64,000 nucleotides of DNA from Candidatus Moraniibacteriota bacterium (GTDB lineage Bacteria > Patescibacteriota > Minisyncoccia > Moranbacterales > UBA1568): contig JAAXXG010000003.1 in NCBI GenBank assembly GCA_013334575.1, positions 12,699 through 76,698 of the forward strand, read 5' to 3'. Position 1 is the stretch's first letter, and each line of letters opens with the position of its first letter. Positions 28,891 to 37,270 of the stretch are shown in pieces. The notes under the pieces were generated by a model. The model was not told the DNA's origin. It saw nothing but the letters and a program-made list of their open reading frames with translations, and searched no databases. The translations under genes and the position numbers were made by a program.

Positions 28891-28942
28891 GTCGCCGAGA
28901 GGCGATAGCACCGACGCGCCTGCCTGGCAACGGGTCAGGCGT
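28891..28942 (+). pseudogene. Orphan 3' end and hairpin of the methyltransferase gene at 36192-37058
   Basis: GTCGCCGAGAGGCGATAGCACCGACGCGCCTGCCTGGCAACGG resembles 37041-37092 GTCGCCGAGAAGCGATAGCACGACGCGCCTGCCCGGCAACGG. Confidence 0.75.
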
Positions 28943-28974
28943 TTTTCGATAAAACCCCTAAATTCCCGAAAATC

Positions 28975-29045
28975 CTTGCCTTTTCGCCCAGGAAGGGTAT
29001 GGTGGAGGTGTTGGTGTCTAAAAAAGGTACCTGTCCACTTTTCTG
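28975..29045 (+). repeat. Repeat A, copy 3
   Basis: CTTGCCTTTTCGCCCAGGAAGGGTATGGTGGAGGTGTTGGTGTCTAAAAAAGGTACCTGTCCACTTTTCTG. Confidence 0.88.
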
Positions 29046-29167
29046 TTTTGACCCCTTTTCTGTTTCGCAGGGGAATCCCTCTTTCTGCGAAAAACTCATA
29101 AGGGAGAGACTCGTGGTCTTCATGGAATGAGCAATCTAAATTGCCCGATTTGCATTTGGCATAAAGT

Positions 29168-30190
29168 ATGGAAAAATTCACCCGATTAACTCCGGAAAAT
29201 AAAACCTCAGGTATTGATAGGATACTGGGATTAGATCCTGAAGACGAGGTCGATATAAAAAAATATTTTTCGGAACTTTGTAAAAGAGAAAGCTTGGAAG
29301 TGTTTGCAAAAGAACCAAGTTTGGAGTTTAAAGAAATTTTTCCTAGCATAAATTCTTGTTTGCGAGAATTCCTTGAAGGATATGGAATAAGGCCTTTGGA
29401 TGTTTCATTATCTCAAATAGTATTTTTGGACAAGGAAAAACTTTCAGAAGGGCAGAGGTTATATTTTGAAAAAAGAAAAACAAACGCCTTTTATCATTCA
29501 AGATCGCAGAAAATCGTTCTTTTTAAGGATTGGAACGGGAATTCCAAACTAGCCGTTCTTCATGCGCTGGTGCATGAAATGGTTCATATGCAAGCTTTTG
29601 AAGCTTGGCAAAAAATTCCCAGGGAGCAAGAAGATGAAAGGGATTTCATTGTAAGTAAAGGTGATAGAAGTATACGTCTCGATCTCAGGAGATTAGGATT
29701 CAGGATGGTAGATAAAGATAGAGAAATTACGTATTTTCATGATTTAGATGAGGCGATTACCACGGAATTAACGATGCGTTTTGACTGGCAATATCTCGAA
29801 AGATTCCCCGAATTATCGGAGGAAATCAAAGAAAGAAGAGGTGTCATATTGGCGTACGCAAAAAGAAATAACTCTTCATTTGAACAAGAGAGAAGACATG
29901 TCGCGGAAATCGAGCATGAGCAATTGGAAAATGGAATAAAAAAAGTTAAGATAAATGGATATTCTTACGATCAAGAGCGAGAAAAATTCTTGATGCTGCT
30001 TGATGGGATATATAAAAATAGCTCGGAACGATTCGCCTCACCTGAAAATGTTTTCAAAGAATTTGCAACAGCGGCATTGACTGGAAATGTTTTGACAATC
30101 GCTCGCGTTATTGAGGGCGTGTATGGAAAGGGGTCTTTTCGCTATCTAGGCGAGAAAACGGCCGATAAAAGAAGCTCCGATACTGAATAG
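29168..30190 (+). CDS. AT-rich hypothetical protein with HEXXH zinc-metallopeptidase motif
   Basis: LVHEMVH with downstream LDEAITTE (gluzincin-like third ligand); markedly lower GC than its flanks. Confidence 0.7.
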   Translation: MEKFTRLTPENKTSGIDRILGLDPEDEVDIKKYFSELCKRESLEVFAKEPSLEFKEIFPSINSCLREFLEGYGIRPLDVSLSQIVFLDKEKLSEGQRLYFEKRKTNAFYHSRSQKIVLFKDWNGNSKLAVLHALVHEMVHMQAFEAWQKIPREQEDERDFIVSKGDRSIRLDLRRLGFRMVDKDREITYFHDLDEAITTELTMRFDWQYLERFPELSEEIKERRGVILAYAKRNNSSFEQERRHVAEIEHEQLENGIKKVKINGYSYDQEREKFLMLLDGIYKNSSERFASPENVFKEFATAALTGNVLTIARVIEGVYGKGSFRYLGEKTADKRSSDTE

Positions 30191-30279
30191 GTGGCCTATT
30201 CTCTTGAAATCATAAGATTGGATAGGCTCTTGAAAAAACTTTACAATGCGCAATATATTCGGGTTCCAGACCGAGGTAG

Positions 30280-30322
30280 TCCGCGCAGCGGGACAAGCGA
30301 CTCCGAGAGGGCCGCTTTTCCT
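30280..30322 (+). repeat. Duplicate of the tRNA-Ser 3' tip and downstream terminator-like hairpin
   Basis: TCCGCGCAGCGGGACAAGCGACTC...AGGGCCGCTTTTCCT resembles 25065-25107; a further degenerate copy lies near 30362. Confidence 0.75.
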
Positions 30323-30567
30323 CGCGGCGTTTCCGGCGGTTCGAAGGTGTCATTTCCGGCACAGAGGGACGAGCGATTCGCAGAGGGCTGTTTTTTCTTG
30401 CCGTTACGACATCGGCAGGCATCGTCGCCTGGAACCGGTTTTCCGGTTCCGGGAACGGGGTCTACAGTTGATATTTTCTCCGGGACGTGTTTTGCTGGAT
30501 CCGAGTCCTTTTTCGACAGTCCTTTCCAACTGTTTCCTGAAAACGGGAGACGCAGACAGAACGAATC

Positions 30568-30726
30568 ATGAATCAGAAGAAAACCGTATTCGCTTCCCTG
30601 GCGATCGTCGCCGTCGGGGTTTCCGGGTATTTCGCCGTCCGGGCGATCAGGCAGGCGATCGATATGGCGGGCGAGATGATCGCCTCGATTCCGTTCGCCT
30701 ATTCCTATGGCAGAAAGGAGGGGTAA
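30568..30726 (+). CDS. Small single-TM protein (52 aa), absent from the ORF track
   Basis: MNQKKTVFASLAIVAVGVSGYFAVRAIRQ...; GGAGA upstream and a hairpin terminator downstream. Confidence 0.55.
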   Translation: MNQKKTVFASLAIVAVGVSGYFAVRAIRQAIDMAGEMIASIPFAYSYGRKEG

Positions 30727-30861
30727 GCTTCGGTCCCATGAAAAAACGAGTGCACCCTCCGGCACTCGTTTTCTTTTTTTTGACGGAGGATCGGAAAAGG
30801 GCGTCGTATCCGAACAAGAGGGGACTGAACGGGACAAGTGTCTCCGGGATTCCTCCCGATT

Positions 30862-30934
30862 CTTGCTTTTCCGGCCCGGAGGGGTATGGTGGATATGTCA
30901 GTGTCCCATAAAAAAGGAACCTGACCTTTTTCTG
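30862..30934 (+). repeat. Repeat A, copy 4
   Basis: Same subtype as copy 2 (GGATATGTCAGTGTCCCATAAAAAAGGAACCTGA). Confidence 0.88.
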
Positions 30935-31000
30935 CTCGTTCTTTTGTAAACCGACAGTCTTCGTAAGTGCGGAGATGGTGATCAATCCAAGGGAGGGAAG

Positions 31001-31765
31001 ATGAAAAACTGGGTTCTTGCGCCGCGACCATTCAACGGTTTCATGGTGTCTGTTACGGTCCTGCTCGGTTTTCATCTGACAGGACGGGATTGGAAGGAAG
31101 GATTTCCCTATTCAATAGTGGCGGCCATCCTGTATTCGGCTATCATCGTGTGGAACGATTACTGCGACCGCGAGATGGATCCTGCGAAGGGCAAACGATT
31201 CGCGAATGAACAGGGTGTCAGGTATCTTTCGTATGCCATTGTCTGGTGGGCGGTCTCACTCGCTTCCGTCGCGTGGCTCTGGATCGTACTCGGGTCGGGC
31301 CCCGGAATGCTCGCACTTGGTCTCGGGGTGTCCGGGTTTGGCTATACGTGGGCTCAGCGAAACGCGTTCGCGAAAAACGGACTGGTCGCGGTATGGACGG
31401 GGGCGGTAATGTTGTTTCCTGTGGTTTCCGGTGCGGACGTGATGCCGAAATCCCTGTGGCTGGTGGCTGTCCTGACACTTGCGAACTATGGCCGCGAAAT
31501 ACTGAAGGACGCTGAGGATGTTCATTGCGACACGGACAAGGACACCTTGGCGACGCGGTACGGTTCGTCGGTTTCTGCAATCGTCGCCTTGTTCCCGCTC
31601 GTGCTTGCGGCTGTCACGGCCGCAGTTGGCTTCGGGACAGCTGGTATCGTATATATCGTCTCATTTCTTGTCGCCGGGCTTCTCGGAGTGTGTGGACGGT
31701 ATCGTGAGTCCGTGACGTTTCTGAAGTACGGGTTGGCAATATCCGTTCCTGTCCTGTTCTTGTAA
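31001..31765 (+). CDS. UbiA-family prenyltransferase (DGGGP-synthase-like)
   Basis: RP.N N-terminus, WNDYCDREMD, KN.LVA, REILKDAED..CD...TLA; multiple TM helices. Confidence 0.8.
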   Translation: MKNWVLAPRPFNGFMVSVTVLLGFHLTGRDWKEGFPYSIVAAILYSAIIVWNDYCDREMDPAKGKRFANEQGVRYLSYAIVWWAVSLASVAWLWIVLGSGPGMLALGLGVSGFGYTWAQRNAFAKNGLVAVWTGAVMLFPVVSGADVMPKSLWLVAVLTLANYGREILKDAEDVHCDTDKDTLATRYGSSVSAIVALFPLVLAAVTAAVGFGTAGIVYIVSFLVAGLLGVCGRYRESVTFLKYGLAISVPVLFL

Positions 31766-31802
31766 TCATGAGGAGTCAGAAGAGGCATGTCGAAAATCCG
31801 GC

Positions 31803-32011
31803 GTGCCTTTTCTCTTTTCATACCAAATCACTTTTTAGACGGAAAGAAAGACTTTCAAGAGCCTTTCTTTTTCGACGAGATCAGATTTTCGCGGTTACGG
31901 AAGGGAATTTTTCCGGTTTACGGGAGGAATCCTCTATCCTGCCCGATTCTTGCCTTTTCGGCCCGGAGGGGTATGGTGGGGGTGTTGGTGTCTATAAAAA
32001 GGTACCTGACC
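31803..32011 (+). repeat. ~210-bp extended repeat containing repeat A copy 5
   Basis: Paralogue of 27111-27322. Confidence 0.88.
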
Positions 32012-32163
32012 TGCTCTGTAGAAAAGATCTTTGTAGGATTGTCATTCCGGCCTCCACCCGGGCATTCGCCGGGCAAGAGCCGGAATCTATGCCTTGGATC
32101 CCGGGTTTGACCCGGGATGACAGTACGGAAAATCTGAAACGCGGAGATGATTTCTACAGAGCA
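32012..32163 (+). mobile_element. 152-bp MITE with 13-bp terminal inverted repeats and a 9-bp target-site duplication
   Basis: TGCTCTGTAGAAA...TTTCTACAGAGCA flanked by TACCTGACC at 32003-32011 and 32164-32172. Confidence 0.9.
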
Positions 32164-32276
32164 TACCTGACCCCTTTTCTGTTTTTGCGAGTCTTTCTTT
32201 TTCGACGAAACAGATTTTCGATATACAATGGAGGTATGAAGGAGGAGGATAAGCGAAATGGAAAGGATATTTCGAT

Positions 32277-33290
32277 ATGAGAGAAATTCCACGGTCTACG
32301 GAAAATAGGGAAGACCCGGTTTCTCCCTCGGAATCGTTCCTGAGGGAGTTCGTGTACGGAAACAGCGGCCTAAGCGAGTCCTCGAAAGCGTTTCTCGCGG
32401 AAAGGGTTGCCGTCGAAAAGCGTGGTCCATGGTCGGAAGCGGATTTTGTCCGGCGGGTCTACGAAAGCGGTGATCGGATAGTCGTCGAATTTCGGGATGG
32501 AGAAGCATATCTGTATCCTCCCTTGGGTATCAAGGCGGATGCTGACGATAATGCCGTAAGGGAAAAACGTTCCATGGAGCGGGACCTGAGGCCGATAGCC
32601 ACCACCGATTTTCAAAGGAAAATGACGGAAGTCGGTTTTGACGCTTCGGTTGTTGGGGAACTACTGAAACTCGTGCCGAGCTTGGGTCTGCGTGAAAACT
32701 CGGAAGCTCTGTTTCTTGGGCCTTCGAAGATGCCCCTTCAGTTTCTGGTCGCGAACGCGTGCGGTTCCGTAGAGGTTCTTGAGAAAAACGGCGAGCGTCG
32801 GGATTGGATTCGTGGTATGGCTGAATCGCTCGGAATTTCCGAAAAAATGAGGATCCGCGAACATGGAGAGGCAGAAATAGGCGCTGCTCGATTCGTGGAG
32901 GATTCGTATGATCTTATCGTCGCACTCAGCATACTCGATCTGGTCGGCGAGAGTCCCGAAGTCTACCGCCGTATGCTCAGGGCGGTGAGAGATGGAGGAA
33001 AGATAATAATCGGGCATCACGAGATGCTGTTCGGGGATCGGGAAAAATTGCTTCTCGAGCGGTATGCGGCAGACCTCAGGTACTCGGTTTTGGATCTCGG
33101 TATTTCGATCGATGACGGTCATGAACCGGGTGACCCATACTATAACCGGGAATCGTACCTGCTTCAGGTACTAAAACGAAAAGAGCGGAATGATACACCT
33201 TCGGGCGGGCGCCCCCGTGACCTTGTCGAGACATTACGTTTGTTTGCGGCGTTGGAAAGTCTGGGAGATGCCCGATCGCGGAAGGAATGA
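32277..33290 (+). CDS. Hypothetical protein with a degenerate class I SAM-methyltransferase-like domain
   Basis: ALFLGP, VEVLE, DSYDLIVALSIL, RAVRDGGKIII. Confidence 0.55.
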   Translation: MREIPRSTENREDPVSPSESFLREFVYGNSGLSESSKAFLAERVAVEKRGPWSEADFVRRVYESGDRIVVEFRDGEAYLYPPLGIKADADDNAVREKRSMERDLRPIATTDFQRKMTEVGFDASVVGELLKLVPSLGLRENSEALFLGPSKMPLQFLVANACGSVEVLEKNGERRDWIRGMAESLGISEKMRIREHGEAEIGAARFVEDSYDLIVALSILDLVGESPEVYRRMLRAVRDGGKIIIGHHEMLFGDREKLLLERYAADLRYSVLDLGISIDDGHEPGDPYYNRESYLLQVLKRKERNDTPSGGRPRDLVETLRLFAALESLGDARSRKE

Positions 33291-33349
33291 CATATTTTCG
33301 GAAAACGGCGGTATTCTTCGGAGAAAACGGACGGCGTATCGTTCCCTAG

Positions 33350-34228
33350 TCAATACCTTTGCATCACTTCTTCGGGTGTCTGGTACCCGATTCCCATATG
33401 AATCCGTTCCCCGTTGTAATACGGGAGGTATTTTGAAATTGCGTTTCTGAGCTTTGAAACGGAGCGTGGAACAAAGTCCAGGCACTCCTCCTGTATCGTA
33501 CGGTTGAACCGTTCCACATGCGCCTGATCGTTCGAGCGACGTTCCCTCGAGTGCCGGTGCGATATCCCGATTCGTTTCATCGCGTGCGTGAACCCGGTCG
33601 TGAACTCGGGTCCGTTGTCTGACTGGACCAACCGTATCTCAAACGGGGCCGATTCCCGGACCCGCCTCATGAACTCGACACTCTTTTTCGCCCCGATACG
33701 ATCCGTCGCCCAGGCAAAGCTCCACCTCGAGCAGAGATCAATCGCCGTATACACATAGACCCGTTCTCCCCTGGAAGACTGGAGGTGTATCGTATCGATT
33801 TCCACGAATGCTCCCGGATATGCGGCTTCCGGACGTCTCGTGTGGTCATGGGGTCGTTTCCAGGGAGAACGCTTCTTTGTCAGATGGCACCGGTCCAAGG
33901 TCCGCTGTACGGATGAGAGGGAAACCTTCATTCCGGCAGTCGTCAATTCATGATGGACCACCTGTCCGCACCGGTCATGTTCCAATCGTTTGTCGATGAT
34001 CGCCGAGACGATGTCTCGTGACAACGCTTTCGGATGATAGTGCGGCTTCGAAGACAGGGTCGGTATCGGTCCGACGTTCCGATGTTCCGCCTGCTTGGCC
34101 CACCGGATGATGGTGGACTGGTCATATCCGAAATATCTCGCCACTTCCCGGGAACTCTTTCCCGATCTGAGCATCTTCACCGCATCCCAGCGTACCTTCG
34201 GGATATTCGGGTTCGAGGAATATGCCAT
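33350..34228 (-). CDS. IS481-family DDE transposase
   Basis: N-terminal HTH; EIDTI, AIDLCSRW, QSDNGPEF, VERFNRTIQEE, YNGERIHMGI...TP. Confidence 0.92.
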   Translation of the reverse strand: MAYSSNPNIPKVRWDAVKMLRSGKSSREVARYFGYDQSTIIRWAKQAEHRNVGPIPTLSSKPHYHPKALSRDIVSAIIDKRLEHDRCGQVVHHELTTAGMKVSLSSVQRTLDRCHLTKKRSPWKRPHDHTRRPEAAYPGAFVEIDTIHLQSSRGERVYVYTAIDLCSRWSFAWATDRIGAKKSVEFMRRVRESAPFEIRLVQSDNGPEFTTGFTHAMKRIGISHRHSRERRSNDQAHVERFNRTIQEECLDFVPRSVSKLRNAISKYLPYYNGERIHMGIGYQTPEEVMQRY

Positions 34229-34280
34229 ATCTTTGCATGAGACGGGTCAGTCTAGCAGGTGATGCAAAGGTATTGAAACA
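33350..34280 (-). mobile_element. IS481-family insertion sequence
   Basis: 18-bp perfect inverted repeat TCAATACCTTTGCATCAC (33350-33367 and 34259-34276); the transposase-proximal 5' end reads TGT; no clear TSD. Confidence 0.85.
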
Positions 34281-34290
34281 TTACGAGGTC

Positions 34291-34400
34291 TTGACAAAAA
34301 AGACTATTTAAGGTAATGTCTGTAACAGAATCTTTACATGGCTTTTCATCGATGGCCCATCCTATGCGAGTATTCGTCTCCGATGGGCCATCGACGAAAA
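34291..34400 (+). promoter_or_regulatory. Sigma-70 promoter, operator-like inverted repeat and long 5'-UTR hairpin
   Basis: TTGACA-17-TAATGT; TGTAA-N8-TTACA at 34321-34338; 19-bp stem 34343-34361/34382-34400 with one mismatch. Confidence 0.65.
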
Positions 34401-34459
34401 CAATACTTCTGTCGCCCATGATGGCTGGTCGACGAAATTAGCTGAGAAAGGAGCTAATC

Positions 34460-35170
34460 ATGTATACGGAAAACTGTAATTTTAAGGTGGAGCTGCTCGT
34501 TCACGGGCGGCCTATAACGGAATACCTCCTCGGTGGTGACACGTTCGTCGAGGGACGGATGGGGTCGGAGTATGAGATCCGTATCACGAACTACAGCAGC
34601 AGAAATGCGGTCGCGGTCGTCAGCGTCGACGGTCTTTCCGTCATGAACGGCAAGCCCGCTTCCAGGGACGCTTCGGGGTACGTCCTCGAGCCGTTCGGGA
34701 ATGTCATCATTCCCGGCTGGCGTCTCAATAACGAAGGCGTCGCTCATTTCAAGTTCGGCGCGCTGCCGGAATCCTATGCCGAAAAGCAGGGAATGCCGGA
34801 GAATGTCGGGGCCATCGGCGTCGTCTTCTTCTTCGAGCGCAAGGCTCCGGAATTTCTGCCGAACTTCGATCTGCGGACAAAGGGGATTCGACCGCCGGTC
34901 ATGTACTCGGCGGCTCCGGGGTCGTACAGCGCGTCCATCGGTACCGAATTCGGCAGGCGGACCGAACACCGTGTCACGAATGTCAATTTCGACCGTGAGC
35001 CGTCTCCGGCGGCGGAGCTTGTGCTCCGCTACGACGAGGCGAGCAATCTCGAGTCGCGTGGCATCAGGCTGATCGGTTCGCATGTCGGCAGGGATGCGGT
35101 CCGTGAGGCGAGTCCGTTTCCCGCCGATATCGGCTGCGTCCCTCCCAGGGGATGGCACAGGAGAAAGTAA
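34460..35170 (+). CDS. Hypothetical beta-rich protein
   Basis: GAAAGGAG RBS; EYEIRITN, VVSVDGLSVMNG, IPGWR, FKF, GAIGVVFF.E. Confidence 0.75.
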   Translation: MYTENCNFKVELLVHGRPITEYLLGGDTFVEGRMGSEYEIRITNYSSRNAVAVVSVDGLSVMNGKPASRDASGYVLEPFGNVIIPGWRLNNEGVAHFKFGALPESYAEKQGMPENVGAIGVVFFFERKAPEFLPNFDLRTKGIRPPVMYSAAPGSYSASIGTEFGRRTEHRVTNVNFDREPSPAAELVLRYDEASNLESRGIRLIGSHVGRDAVREASPFPADIGCVPPRGWHRRK

Positions 35171-35247
35171 GGCGATCGAATATTGAAATATCGAAGAGCT
35201 CGCAATGCGGGCTCTTTAATTTTACCCGGTACGAAAAAAGCCGGATA

Positions 35248-35361
35248 CCTTTTCAGCTCGGAAGGGTATTATGGGGGTGTAGGCGTCTAAAAAAATACCT
35301 GACCTCTTTTCCGCTCCCCGACTCCTTGCCTTTTCGGCCCGGAGGGGTATGGTGGAGGTGA
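35248..35361 (+). repeat. Repeat A, copies 6 and 7 in tandem (degenerate and truncated)
   Basis: CTTTTCAGCTCGGAAGGGTATTATGGGGGTGTAGGCGTCTAAAAAAATACCTGACCTCTTTT followed by CTTGCCTTTTCGGCCCGGAGGGGTATGGTGGAGGTG. Confidence 0.8.
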
Positions 35362-35461
35362 CGGTCTTTGCAAAAGGAATCCAGCCTCTCTTTTTTGGTT
35401 GCGGGTGCTGAGTATGCCGCGTCGATATTTTGACGGAGTCGCACTTCCTGGAAATATCCGT

Positions 35462-36112
35462 ATGAAACTATATCTTTCATCATACAAACTTGGGAACGAT
35501 ATCGAGGCCCTGAAAGGGCTTGTCCCCGCCGGGAACAGGAAGACGGCATTCATCCCGAACGCTCTCGATTTTTCCACTGATTCCGAACGGCGGGAGAAGA
35601 GCGAACGATCCGATGTCGAGGATTTGTCCGCGTTGGGTCTCGAGGTGGAACGATTGGATCTGAGGGACTATTTCGGCCTGCAGTCGGAACTGGAAACGAA
35701 GCTCGGTGATTTCGGCGTCATCTGGGTACGCGGCGGAAACGCGTTCGTACTTCGGAAGGCGATGAAGAAAAGCGGTTTCGATGAAATACTCCGGCGTTTC
35801 GTGGGGAAGAAGGAATTATTGTACGGGGGATATAGCGCGGGAATCTGCGTGTTGTCACCAACGTTGGAAGGGATAGACCTTGTCGACGATCCTTATGTAG
35901 ACCCGTACGGAGACCCTTCCGCGGCGTCGTTCGAAGGCCTCGGAATCGTTGACTATTCCATAGTCCCTCATTATCGGTCCGATCATCCGGAATCGGCGAG
36001 TATCGAAAAGGTCGTCGAATATCTTGAAGAAAAAGGGATCCGATATAGGACGCTCCGGGACGGGGACGTGATAATCTCGGAGGTTTCGGAGGAGTCCGCT
36101 GTGCGGGTCTGA
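35462..36112 (+). CDS. Peptidase S51 (dipeptidase E) family
   Basis: AFIPNA, IWVRGGNAF.L, YGGYSAG, IVPHY. Confidence 0.88.
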   Translation: MKLYLSSYKLGNDIEALKGLVPAGNRKTAFIPNALDFSTDSERREKSERSDVEDLSALGLEVERLDLRDYFGLQSELETKLGDFGVIWVRGGNAFVLRKAMKKSGFDEILRRFVGKKELLYGGYSAGICVLSPTLEGIDLVDDPYVDPYGDPSAASFEGLGIVDYSIVPHYRSDHPESASIEKVVEYLEEKGIRYRTLRDGDVIISEVSEESAVRV

Positions 36113-36191
36113 ATGATGGTCGGGTGCGTCTGAGCGAGGAATCCGATTTAGGAGGTGGGGAATCGTGGAGAAGCATGCCGAGAGCTGAACT

Positions 36192-37058
36192 ATGGAATAT
36201 TCGGACCTGGTACGCGACGTATTTTCGGATGGGGAGAAAAAGCGGTTCATAACCGACAGTCTTCGCGACTCGATGACCCGTCTCGGGTTCTCTGGCGCTC
36301 TGCGCGACGAATTCCTGCGAAACATCGATACGCTTACCGTTGCCGATTTTATCGGGCGACATAAAAACGAGCTCCAGCGGGTTCAGAACGAACATTTTTT
36401 CGGGGAGTTGGTGCCGGTATATTTCAAAGAGAACGTGGTTCCCGAAATACCGGCCGGGGGCAAGGTGCTTGATCTGGGATGCGGTCCCGCCATCCTGATC
36501 CGCTGTCTCATCGAACGGGGAACGAACCCGGAAATCGTCGGTTCGGATATCGCGGCCGACCCGCGCTGGAGCGGCATCGTTCCCGAAGATGCGCGGCTCG
36601 AAGTGGTACGGGAGTCCGAATTTCTTCCATATCTGAAACGGGAGCAGCCGGACCATGTCGCGGCGACGTGGGTATTCCATCACATGGAATACGCGGAGCA
36701 GGAACGATACCTGTCCGCGCTTCACAACGCCCTCAAGCCGGGGGCGACGCTTGTCGTGTTGGAAGACTCGTATTCGGAGGTCCTCCTGCCCGAGTCCGGC
36801 AGAGAGCGAGCCCTGGCGTTCATGCGGTGGAGCCCCGAGGACCGGCACAAAATCATGGGAGCGCTCGACTGGATTGCCAACCGGATTTTCAGCATGCGGA
36901 CCTCGATGCCGGTGCCGTTCGCGTATAGGACCCTGGAAGGCTGGGCAAAAGTTTTCGAGGAAGCCGGATTTTCGGTGAAAAAGACCAGATTCCTGGGATT
37001 TCCAGACAACAGGGATATACATACTCCCCAGAGCCTGATCGTCGCCGAGAAGCGATAG
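36192..37058 (+). CDS. Class I SAM-dependent methyltransferase
   Basis: VLDLGCGP, GSDI, VFHHM, LKPGATLVVLE. Confidence 0.88.
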   Translation: MEYSDLVRDVFSDGEKKRFITDSLRDSMTRLGFSGALRDEFLRNIDTLTVADFIGRHKNELQRVQNEHFFGELVPVYFKENVVPEIPAGGKVLDLGCGPAILIRCLIERGTNPEIVGSDIAADPRWSGIVPEDARLEVVRESEFLPYLKREQPDHVAATWVFHHMEYAEQERYLSALHNALKPGATLVVLEDSYSEVLLPESGRERALAFMRWSPEDRHKIMGALDWIANRIFSMRTSMPVPFAYRTLEGWAKVFEEAGFSVKKTRFLGFPDNRDIHTPQSLIVAEKR

Positions 37059-37270
37059 CACGACGCGCCTGCCCGGCAACGGACCGGGCGTTGTATTTTT
37101 AGTATCCTTGTTATTTTTTCCTAGAGGGGATATCGTAAAAAGGAAGTAACATTAGGTGGTAATACAGCTGCAAGAAACCGTTTCGGGCCGAAAAATCAAA
37201 AGAAAATTGATCTGCTTGTCATGTACGAGCATTTGTTTGTAGTCCAATAAATATAGAATTGCAAAAATAT

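Noticed and set aside
24950-32292. Short ORFs across the repeats (24950-25225, 27227-27448, 30191-30911, 31768-32292)
   Set aside because: These are translations of tRNA, repeat A and MITE sequence in several frames with no protein-family motifs.
25161-35361. Classical integron
   Set aside because: No intI or other tyrosine recombinase and no RYYYAAC...GTTRRRY attC structure in the repeats.
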